This document shows, in pieces, positions 1 through 9,869 of a stretch of DNA of 20,665 nt. A program made the translations under genes and the position numbers. The stretch is from Chiloscyllium plagiosum. Its lineage: Eukaryota. The stretch is from the NCBI RefSeq assembly GCF_004010195.1, contig NC_057719.1, positions 49,375,336 to 49,396,000 on the forward strand, read 5' to 3'. Each line of letters opens with the position of its first letter. Within the stretch, counting starts at the first letter, position 1. Below the pieces are notes generated by a model that did no database searches, had not been told where the DNA came from, and saw only the letters and a list, made by a program, of their open reading frames with translations.

Positions 1-781
1 ATAGTCACATGGTTGATGCACATGTAGTGGGTGGAGGTGTGAGATTGCTGTGGCACTGTAGCATACAGCAATATGTCCATCCCATTTTCTGATCATCGTT
101 GCCAAGTATAGCAAACAGCCTGGCCAACATCTACACTTAATGGCATGGCAGGGCAAGGCAGGACAGACGTGTTGTAACCGTGTGAGATTTGATTGAAGTT
201 ATCATGTTCAAAAAGGCACAGCAAAACATGACAGAGATTCTACAGGTATCCAAGGAGGTGCAAATTGAATCCATGTTTAGAGAGCAAGCTAAGAGCCCCA
301 GGGTGCACTCTGCTCTGATGTATGTTTGTCCCTGTGTGCAAAGGGTCCAGCAGCAACATTACAATGAAAGGTGTTTGTGTGGTGCACAATGCAGCATTGT
401 CATAAAAGACTGCTTTCTAAGTGGGTCAGACATGTGTCATGATGATTTGTTAAGGCCAGTATATGTCAATTCGATAGACAGGGACTGCAGGTAGTCACAG
501 CCCATGGCTATTCACTGAGATGTCCAGGGTTTGCTGTTCTAGACAGAGGCCCAGATGAGTAACTGGTGAGCTGGAGGCGAAATTAAGTACTGACAAAATA
601 GAAGTCCTTGCAAATCAGCTTCCTGCTGCTCACTCCTGAGATTCTCAACTTGCCATTCAAATCTTGGATGGATTCTTGGTTTTTCACAGCATCAAAAATT
701 TTATTTTTCTCATTTCACCACATTTTCCCAACTGACTCGCCATTGTTCATTTTGTTCAGAAGTTGGGGAAATTCAACCCTA

Positions 782-1095
782 GTTATTTGTTTGATGCTAT
801 TTCCTTATTCCCCACTCTCATGTCTCCTGTCTCTACCTATAAGTGACCCAGATTCATTTCGAGCAGGCTGTTATTTCTTTTCAAATACTACAGAAGCTTT
901 ATGTATTTCCTGCTATTTAACTCTCATGTACTGTTTCCAAATCCTTGGCCATGCTTTGCAGTACTCTAAAACCGTCCCAATTGTCAGAGTCACAACTCTT
1001 TTTGGTATCATTGTAAACTTCCTGTTCTCAAATCTTACAACTGTCTTGAACTTCTCCTGTTAACCAGGATTTGGCTACTCTCCTATGGGCTTTTA
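782..1095 (-). mobile_element. Old, degraded CR1 LINE ORF2 fragment (region upstream of the RT domain)
   Basis: The reverse complement resembles the CR1 segment seen in better condition at 6641-6880. For example, 'gtggggaataaggaaatagc' (minus strand, ~796-815) matches 'gtggggaacaaggaaatagc' at 6832-6851. Heavily mutated. Confidence 0.55.
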
Positions 1096-2869
1096 GGATT
1101 AGACAGTAATCAATGATGGTGATTGCACAGCAACGTTGGAGTTGATTTTATCTTTTGAGTTGGAAAGTGACTAAGTAAATGTCCAACACAGCTGAAACCA
1201 GCAGTAGGGGAACCATCTGTTTTCAGTCAGCAATCTTCAGAATGCCACTTGTCAACATCCCAATAAAAAGGGTAAGGAAAGCTGTTGGAAGTGGTTGCCA
1301 TATTGTTGTAATAAAATGTCTTACAATGGTTCAGGAGAAGCTCACTGTTTTGTTGTGGCAACCAAAACTGGTTAATTTATACCTCTGGCTCCTATTGCCA
1401 ATAGGTGTAGATGGATATGGAGCCCCTACTGTTTCTCTGCTCAGGTTTCAGGCAAAAATAACAGTTAAACCCAATAGCTTAATCAGAAACCCATTGCATA
1501 CTTAAAAAGTCCTCGACTGGTTTTGGCGGGGTGTCCTTTAAAATTAGAAGTGTGTAGATGATGGTAGGAATGGAGTCATCAAGTGTCCACCTGGATTTCA
1601 TCAGGCAAGGAAATCAGAATTTCTTCTGCCCAATCCCAATCCACTTTTAATTCTAATTTTTCTGATGCTATGATATTTTAATTAAGAATAAAGTAGCCAA
1701 AGAATTGGTTCATAATGAAGTAAATAACCTTTACTAAACTAGGCCTGTTATTATTTAGCTTTTGATGGTTAATATATTTTTAAATGTAGTGTCTTTAGCT
1801 AATGATTCTCGAGTTTAAGGTGGCATGTTATTTTACTGTCAGAAGGAACTGATTGCATATTCAGCTGCAGATGTTCTGTGGTTGTAATAAGGAGTGAGCT
1901 GGCTCCGATATTAAAGGAAGATACGTTTAACATAAAAGAGCTGTTGCAGTTGAAGGATTGGATAATTGGCCCCATGGCATTTCTCTGCAGAGAAACGTTT
2001 GTTCATTTCAAAACCAATAAAGATACATTTTGGAGAAACCTTTAGTCTGAGGCATGATATCTGACAAATTAAAAAGTGAGTTGTGAATGAGGTATGTTCT
2101 TTCCTGTTGTTATCATTTTGTTGGTGTAACCATTAGTGGAGTTAATATGTCTCAGACTGGTGCAGAATGCTAATGCCTAGTATAATGCAGTTCCACCATT
2201 GCTCCAAGTGGTGTATCTGTGGGCTGCTTTGGGTTGGTTCGGTTCTTTAAAGTAGCCCTAGTGAAATGAGAAATACAGGCTGCAAATAAAATGTATATAT
2301 GCAAATTAGTTGACTATTTATATTTGATAGCAGAAATCATGCTCAATTTTCTTAATGCTATGAGAAGTCCTACATTTAAAAGAATATTGGATGTTTTGTA
2401 TAACGAGAATATTTGGTTGAAGGTGATTTACTGTACCATGGACATAAAATTCAAGAAATACTTAGCAAGTCCATTGAAGCTATTAATTCTTCGAATTTTG
2501 ATCGAACTTTTATGAAACTATATTTTGTTACTTTTATTTCAATTCAAGTTCAAGCACAGATGTTTCTTTCTGTGACAGTTTTGTCAGGCACTTTGCACAA
2601 ATTGATTAAGGCTAGATTCGACTGAACGATGATTCCTGAGAATTGCTGCAGACAATGCAAGTCTATTAGTTTTTGAAGGCCTTGGAGGAGCAGCTTATGC
2701 TTTGTTTTGTGTGAAGTAGGCATTAGCAAACACATACCTGGCTTATCTGTTGCTGGTCATTTGTCAATAGAAATCTAGATTTTATGTAGCTACTGCTGTA
2801 AATTCACATACACTTCATCAATACAGGAGGAATTATGAATGGACTTGAACACTGTGATCAGCCAACAGT

Positions 2870-3160
2870 CCTTATCTTTTAATAGATGGAGGGCTATTTG
2901 ATGAAGCAACTAAAGATGGTTGACAATTTCCTGAAGAACCCCTCGAGTGATGCCTTGACATTGCGATGATTAGCCTGTGACAAGCAAAATATCTTATCAA
3001 AAGGCATAACTCTATCTACCGCCCTCATGGAAAATCCTTCCCACTGCCCTCACAGCCTCCACCGATTTCAGAAATTCTAGGAATACTTGATGCCATACTC
3101 AGTTCAATGTTACATTGATGACTAGGACAACAATTCTTTCCTCTGACATTCAGATTTTAG
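2870..3160 (-). mobile_element. Degraded RT fragment of a CR1/L2-group LINE (same family as 9300-9586)
   Basis: Minus-strand translation gives ...N*VWHQVF... and ...GVLQE..TIFSCFIK*PS, resembling the RT motifs FDRVWHQG and GVPQGSVLGPTIFSCFINDLPS. Contains stops and indels. Confidence 0.6.
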
Positions 3161-3409
3161 GCCTGGATAAAGGTATGATACAGAAGAAATATCAATTTGA
3201 AATTCTTTGCAAAACACCTCCGGTCAAAATTTCACGCATCCAGTTGAAGTAGAAGGTCTGGGTTAATTCATTTTATCAAGGAACAGAACTCACAAAGTTA
3301 ATTTCAAATAGATGATTGCATGGTATCTTTTATGATCCACTATTTTTTAAGAGGGAATCAATAAGCTTTTTATTATATTCATGAAGTATTGTGGCTTGTT
3401 ATTTTTCTA

Positions 3410-3604
3410 GAGCTGAAAATGTGTTGGTGGAATTATGCAGCAGGAACTGGAGAATCGACTTTTCAGACACAAGCCCTTCCTGAAGAAGGGCTTGTGCCCG
3501 AAACGTCGATTCTCCTGTCCCCTGGATGCTGCCTGACCTGCTGCGCTTTTCCAGCAACACATTTTCAGCTCTGATCTCCAGCATCTGCAGTCCTCACTTT
3601 CTCC
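3410..3604 (+). mobile_element. Penelope-like element pseudo-LTR/3' end with an inverted partial copy (fold-back insertion)
   Basis: 3477-3603 is about 94% identical (8 differences in 127 nt, counted by eye) to the reverse complement of 20423-20549, and is similar to 4254-4384, which follows a GIY-YIG C-terminus. 3409-3479 is an inverted partial copy. The insertion is flanked by a 13-bp direct repeat. Confidence 0.8.
3477..3510 (+). ncRNA. Minimal type I hammerhead ribozyme motif, intact core
   Basis: uuc-CUGAAGA(3480-3486)-A-GGGC-uugu-GCCC-GAAA(3500-3503)-CGUC-gau. It has both catalytic boxes, a 4-bp stem II, a palindromic ACGU minimal stem III, a GUC cleavage triplet and a very short stem I. 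Confidence 0.65.
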
Positions 3605-3963
3605 TGTTATTTTTCTAACCTATTATCCTAGAATTTGAATAGAAAAATTTTCATTTCAATTATTTTTCAGATGACAATGAATTTAACAGCTGTCGATACA
3701 GTAAATCAAATAATAACTTTCAAAGTAAAGTGCAAAATCTTTACATGCATTTTTCAAACAGTCTTTTTGCCTCGTTTGAAGCAATATTCCATTTTCCAGA
3801 TGGTATTTGAAGTAGTTTAATTCAGTGTATTAAATATAACTGGTTTATTGCACTTGCTGAGATTTCATATTTTGAGTAGTTGAGAATGAGGCTTGATCTG
3901 CTCACCAACAGAGAACAGTGGCCTGTGGAGAGGTGATTGCCTAGTGGTATTATTGCTGGACTG

Positions 3964-4384
3964 CCCACCCGCCAACTGGAGGAAGAACGCCTCATCTTCT
4001 GCAATGGGACCCTCCAGCCACACGGCATCACCAGTTTCCAAATCTCACCTTCCCCCCACCTCATCCCAGATCCAACCCTCCAACTCAGCACCACCCTCTT
4101 GACCTGTACTAACTGACCACCTTCCTTCCCACCTATTTGCAGCACCTTCACCACTGACGTATCACAATTACCTCCCATCTGCATCCACCTATCACCTTCT
4201 CACCTACCTTCCCCCCACCCCCCATTTATCTCTCAGTCCCCTGCCCCTCCACCTTCCTGATGAAGGGTTTATGCCCAAAACATTGATTCTCATTCTCTTC
4301 GGATGCTGCCTGATCTGCTGTGCTTTTCCAGCGCCACACGTTTCGACTCTGACTCTCCAACATCAGCAGTCCTTACTTTCGCCT
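3964..4384 (+). mobile_element. Penelope-like element 3' fragment (GIY-YIG endonuclease C-terminus plus 3' UTR/pseudo-LTR)
   Basis: The frame from 3970 reads RQLEEERLIFCNGTLQPHGI, like the PLE endonuclease C-terminal R.LEE..LIF.LGTLQP.G.N motif. It is followed by a C-rich tract and the same terminal sequence as 3477-3604. Confidence 0.8.
4254..4287 (+). ncRNA. Degenerate hammerhead ribozyme motif (probably inactive)
   Basis: CUGAUGA(4257-4263)-A-GGGU-uuau-GCCC-AAAA-CAUU. GAAA has become AAAA and CGUC has become CAUU, consistent with CpG decay. Confidence 0.5.
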
Positions 4385-6148
4385 ACTCCTAGTTAATCGA
4401 GAGGCAACGATAATGCTCTGGGGACTCTGGTTCAAATCCTGAACAGCAGATGATGGAATTTGAATTGAGTAAAAATCTGGAATTAATATACTAACAATGA
4501 CCACAAAACCATTGTCAATTGTTGGGAAAACCCATTTGGATCTCTAATGTCCTTGAGGGAAGGAAACTGCCATTCTTACCTGGTCTGGATTACATGTGAC
4601 TCCAGATCCACAGCGATGTGGCTGACTCTCAATGTCATCAATTAGGATAGAGCAATAAATGCTGGTCTAACCAGTGATATCCTCATGAATAAATTTTACA
4701 AAAAAATTGTGTGCTGACAATCGTCAAACTTCCCAGCTGAATTCCAAATACTATAATCATAATAATAAAAATAATGTACAGGGGATCTCATTAACTCTAA
4801 CTGTGACAGTTTTCTTTTTGTTTGTCTTGACATTGTTTTATTTGAACTTTACAAAGATAGTATTGTGGTAGTACTGAAATTACTCTGGTCAAAATACTAG
4901 GAAGAAATCTTTTTTTGTACTTTGCACAGCGCAGTACAAAAAATATGGAGCTGAATGGGGATGGAGATTGAGGTTTAAAGCTACATGAATACACCATCAG
5001 CCGAATGAGAATAAGGAAGTACACACACTTATAGATATAACTGGAATAAATCCAACTAATCAATTCTGGTCTGTAGCATGATGAGGTTCTCACAGTGTGC
5101 AGTCGCCATAAAACAAATAAAGGAAAAAATGAAAGCCCAATGGGGATCCAGAGATGAAAGAGAAATATTCACTTCACTGTTTGTTTTATCCTGGAGAATG
5201 CTCTTTGCTTTTAGACATTTTTCGTTTCTATTAGAACTACTCTACAATAACACAAAAGTTCCTCACAGACCTTTGTTAATTGTGAATACAAGACTTGCAT
5301 GTTGCCAGGCTGGTTTCGAGGTAGTGAAATGAGTATCTCTAAAACCTTGTCTTCACTTCTTCCAATAAATAAAACCGCTGTATGCTATCTAACAAGCTAC
5401 AGTCATTTATTAAATAATAAAAGACACAACTGCTAACACGTATATTCAACAATTTGCAAAGAATCTGGATGTTACCAGCAAAAATCTAAACAGACTAACT
5501 TTCTATAATATGCCTTTAGTCTTTTTAAATATTGTTACTTACACTAATAACCTTGAACATAAGTATATTTATACTGTCATATTTGCCTGCAATTTAGCAA
5601 CTTTACTGTTAAAATATATAAAGTTATGAATTTTAGCAGTAAGGTCAGCCTCAACTAATGGTTATCACATTTCTTGCTTATAATAATGATTAAACTGTTA
5701 CTTTAGGTAACCAATATAATCTTGGTATAACAAATTTGTGTCAGTTTTATCTATCCATTTGAAAGATCTTCTTCACCCTCTGCCATGTATCAACATATTG
5801 GAGAGAACAGGTTATTACTCCTGTATTTGTTTGTTCCCCATAATAATGCCACACCAAAATGTAAAATGATGATTGTATAACTGCATTACAAATTGTTTCG
5901 TTTCTAAATCTGGGTCAGTATACAGCTCACGTTTGATTTTACTTCCATACAGACTTAATATGCATATGTTTCTTACACTATCTTATTTTGGGTTTGAAAA
6001 TTATTCTAAATCTTATTTAAAATGTTGGCTTGCTAAAATGTATTGGAACATAAATTATAGTAGAATGAGGAATGATTGCATTGGTAAGAGGATTGAGGGG
6101 AATCACTGATGAACTTCACAAAGATACCTCCAGCTTACTTGTACATTA

Positions 6149-6400
6149 TGTAGTGTTACTGGACAAGTAACCAAAAGTTTAGACAGAAGGTTTGGAAAAA
6201 TGGGTTCAAATTCCATTACAACAGCTGATTGAATTTGAATTCAATTAAGAAATCTGGAATATAAAGTTAGACTCAGTAATGATGGCCATTAAATATTGAA
6301 TTAGTGTAAAATCTTATCAGATTCATTCATGTCCTTTGGGGAAGGAAATCTGCTACCATTACTTGGTCTGGTCTACATATTACTCCTGACCTACAACAAA
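6149..6400 (+). mobile_element. Degraded tRNA-derived SINE (same family as 3927-4706)
   Basis: B-box-like GGTTCAAATTCC near 6203. Shares the blocks GAATTTGAATT..AAATCTGGAAT, ATGTCCTT..GGGAAGGAAA and TGGTCTGG with the 4390-4620 copy. Confidence 0.7.
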
Positions 6401-6640
6401 CTGTGCCAAAAAAGTGGAAAAGTAATAAACTGGGCAGACTCTCAGTATAGTACGAGGATGATTCACAAATATTCCCATCTTCAATAATACAGAATATCAG
6501 TACTTAGTACAAATAACAAGATTGAAGTATTTGCAAACATTTTCAGACAGAAGTGCTGACTGAATGGTCCAGTCACTTAATTGCTGAAGTTCCCAGCATC
6601 AGTAATACCAGCTTATAGCTGAAGGCATTAGATTGTATCA

Positions 6641-9057
6641 GAGGTTTGGGAAGCTTACAAAGACCAACAGAGGGCTTCAAAAAAGAAATAAGGAGGGAGA
6701 AGATTAATTATGAGGGTAAGCTAGCCAGTAATATAAAGGGACACTGTAAGAGTTTCTTCAGATATATAAAGGGCAAAAGAAAGGCAAAAGTGGACATTGG
6801 GCTGCTGGAAAATGACACTGGAGAGATAGTAGTGGGGAACAAGGAAATAGCTGAGGAACTGAATAATTACTTTGCTTCAGTCTTCATGGTGGAAGCCACA
6901 AGAAATATCCCAAAAATTCAAGGGAGTGAGGGGGCAGAGCTGAGTATGGTGGCCATCACCAAGGAGAAGGTGCTAGAAAAACTAAATGGCCTAAAGGTGG
7001 ATAAATCACCTGGACCAGATGGACTACACCCCAGAGTCCTAAGGGAGATAGCTGAAGAGATAGTGGAGGCGTTCGTGGTGATCTTTGAGGAATCACTAGA
7101 ATCAGGAAGGGTCCCAGAGAACTAGAAAATTGCTAATGTGACACCCCTGTTTAAAAAGGGAGTAAGGCAAAAGATGTAATATTTTGGACCTGTTAGCCTA
7201 TCCTTGGTCGTGGGTAAAATCCTGGAATATATTGTGAAGGATGAGATTTCCGAATACTTGGAAATGTCTGGTAAAATAAGACAAAGTCAGAATGGTTTCA
7301 TGAAAGGGAGGTCATTCCTGACTAATCTTCTTGAATTTTTTGAAGAAGTGATGAGTAGGTTAGACCAAGGAGAGCCAGTGGACGTTATCTACCTGGACTT
7401 CAAGAAGGCCTTAGACAAGGTGCCGCATAGGAGGCTATTGAGTAAGATAAGGACCCATGGTTTCAGAGGCAAGGTGCAACCATGGATAGAAGTTTGGCTG
7501 TCTGAAAGACTGGGGATAAAAGGCTCCTTCTCAGGATGGCAGCCAGTCACAAGTGGTGTTCAGTAAGGCTCAGTGTTGGGACCACAACTTTTCATTTTAC
7601 ACATTAACAATCTAGATGAAGGAACTGAGGGCATTCTGTATAAGTTTGCAGACAATGCAAAGATAGGTAGAGGGACAGGTAGCATTGAGGAGGCAGTGAG
7701 GCTGCAGAGAGATTTGGACAGGTTAGGAGAGTGGGCAAAGAAGTGGCAGATAGAGTCATAGAGCCATAGAGATGTACAGCATGTCCAACCCATCCATGCC
7801 GACCAGATATCCCAATCCCATCTAGTCCCACCTGCCAGCAAATGGCTAGTTCTCCCTGAATTCCATGAGATCTAACCTTGCTAATCAGTTTTCCATGGGG
7901 AACCTTGTCGAATGCCTTACTGAAGTCCATATAGATCAAATCTACTGCTCTGCCCTCATTAATCCTCCTTGTTACTTCCTCAAAAAACTTAATCAGATTT
8001 GTGAGACATGATTTCCCATGCACAAAAGCATGTTGACTATCCCTAATTGGTCCTTGCTTTTCCAAATACATGTACATCCTGTCCCTCAGGATTCCCTCCA
8101 ACAACTTGCCTACTGCCGACATCAGGCTCACCGGTCTATAGTTCCCTGGCTTGTCCTTACCACCCTTCTTAAACAGTGGCATCACATTAGCCAACCTCCA
8201 GTCTTCCTGCACCTCACCTGTGACTGTCGATGATACAAATATCTCAGGTGGAGTATAAGGTGAGAAAGTGTGAGGTCATGCTCTTTGGTAGGAAGAATAG
8301 AGGCATGGACTATTTTCTAAATGGAGAGAAATTTCAGAAGTCTGAAGTGCAAAGAGACATGGGAGATCTCGTCTAGGATTTTCTCAAGGTAAACTTGCAG
8401 ATTGAGTCAGTAGTTAGGAAGGCAAATGCAATGCTGCTGCTTATTTTGAGAGGACTTAAATATAAAAGCAGGAATGTACTTCCGAGACTCTATAAGGCTC
8501 TGGTCAGACCACATTTGGAGTACTGTCGGCAGTTTTGGGCCCCAGATCTCAGGAAGAATGTACTGGCCTTGGAGTGTGTTCAGACGAGGTTCATGAGAAT
8601 GGTCCCAGGAATGAAAGGCTTAACATTTGGGGAACATTTGAGGACTGTGTGTCTATACTTGATGGAGTTTAGAAGAATGAAGTGGAATCTAATTAAAATT
8701 TAGAGAATACTGAATGGCCTTGGCAGAGTGTATGTTGGGAAGATGTTTCCATTGGTCGGAGAGACTAGGACCCAAGGACACAGCCTTAGAGTAAAGGGAA
8801 GACCTTTTAGAACGGAGGTAAGGAGAAACTTCTCCAGCCAGAGAGTGGTGATTCTATGGAATTCATTGCCACAGAAGGCTGTGGAGGTCAGGTCATTGAG
8901 TATATTTAAGACAGAAATCAATATGTTCTTGATTGTCAAGAGGATCAACGGTTATGGGGAGAAAGCGGGAAAATGGGTTTGAGAAACTGATTGAATAGCG
9001 GAGCAGACTTGATGGGCTGAATAGCCTAATTTCTGCTGCTATGTCTTATGGTCTTAT
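6641..9057 (+). mobile_element. 5'-truncated CR1 LINE (ORF2 RT pseudogene plus 3' UTR), interrupted at ~7750-8247
   Basis: ORF fragments KSPGPDGLHPRVLRE, QNGFMKGRSFLTNLLEFFE, DVIYLDFKKALDKVPH, LGPQLF, KFADNAKIG (degenerate FADD), LYKALVRPHLEYC and RNFSSQRVVILWNSLP. It has several stops and frameshifts, and a CR1-type tail ending ATGTCTTATGGTCTTAT. Confidence 0.95.
7750..8247 (-). mobile_element. Nested, inverted, internally deleted CR1 (HER1-like) copy
   Basis: The minus-strand ORF reads WRLANVMPLFKKGGKDKPGNYRPVSL...DFSKAFDKVPHGKLISKVRSHGIQGELAI and is fused directly to a 3' tail ending CTCTATGGCTCTATGACTCTAT. This is the same tail type as the copy ending at 12334. Confidence 0.9.
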
Positions 9058-9299
9058 ACAGGTCTTGGGGTCTGATATATTCCAGCAGTAATACTGAAGA
9101 TTGTGCTCCTGAGTAAGCTATGCCCCCAGTTAAACTGTTCTCGTACAGCTATAAAAGTATGAACAATTGCTCAGTTATGTTCTCTCCACAAAAGTAAGGA
9201 CTAATCCAACCAGGGTCATTAATGCCACCTCTGTATACTTTTGCTAATCAGCACAGTGATGGAGGGTATAGTTGACATGGTATGACGTGGCATTTACAC

Positions 9300-9586
9300 A
9301 ACAATAACCTGCACATCTTTGTTTAGTTTGGATTCTGCTATGGCCACTCAGCTCCTGACCTCATCACAGCCTGGTTGACACATACACAAAGGAGTGAGGT
9401 GAGAGTGACTGCCCTTCACATCAAGACATCATTTGACTGATTGCAGCAGGAAAGAACGTTGGCAAAAATTGCAGTCATTGGGAATCAGTGGGAAATCACT
9501 TTACTGTTTGACATCATATGACTGCAAAGAAAGAGGGTTGTAGTAACTGGAGGCCAAACATCTTGATCCCAGGGTTCGGCTGCAGG
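9300..9586 (+). mobile_element. Degraded RT fragment of a CR1/L2-group LINE
   Basis: The frame from 9327 reads FGFCYGHSAPDLITAW...SEVRVTALHIKTSFD*, matching the RT motifs QFGFR..HS..D and ALDI.AAFD. Confidence 0.75.
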
Positions 9587-9869
9587 TATTATGTGGGAAT
9601 TTCATCTGTCACAGCACAGATCAGAGAATTAAGAGGAGCACTCAGCTGTATTTGGAAGTCACAGGTGATTTGCATAGGAAAATGTCAGGTTTCATTCCTG
9701 GTTTACACCAAATAAATTTTAAACTGAATCTGCTTCTAATTCTAAGCCTTGCTACCCTGTAAGATTGCAGCTATAAACTTGCTTTCTTAAAGTGTTTGAA
9801 GAAATTTACTTAGGATTAACCATTGAAATTGTTGGCTTCACAATTGTGCATGTGGGTACTTCCCCTGCA

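Larger units (their letters stand above)
3397..3617. repeat. 13-bp target-site duplication TGTTATTTTTCTA (3397-3409 and 3605-3617)
   Basis: An identical 13-mer sits directly on both sides of the PLE-derived insertion. Confidence 0.9.
3927..4706 (+). mobile_element. tRNA-derived shark SINE (SacSINE1/DeuSINE-like; family name tentative), interrupted by a PLE at ~3964-4384
   Basis: A-box-like TGCCTAGTGG (3938-3947) and B-box GGTTCAAATCC (4429-4439). The body is shared with 6149-6400 and, inverted, with 14504-14850. It ends in an A-rich tail after ...GCAATAAATGCTGG. Confidence 0.75.

Noticed and set aside
608..1063. 151-aa hydrophobic ORF as a membrane protein
   Set aside because: It is largely the antisense reading of a purine-rich CR1 relic, has no ATG start and shows no recognisable domain.
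1290..1365. Inverted 9-mer TGGTTGCCA/TGGCAACCA
   Set aside because: The arms are short and the intervening sequence does not pair; compatible with chance or a decayed MITE.
3389..3584. Mirror-image ORFs on both strands
   Set aside because: They are a consequence of the inverted PLE repeat, not coding sequence.
4420..4445. tRNA gene (GGTTCAAATCC T-arm)
   Set aside because: It is the B-box of a SINE head, and no cloverleaf can be formed.
5078..5160. Box C-like ATGATGA suggesting a C/D snoRNA
   Set aside because: There is no suitably placed box D (CTGA) or terminal stem.
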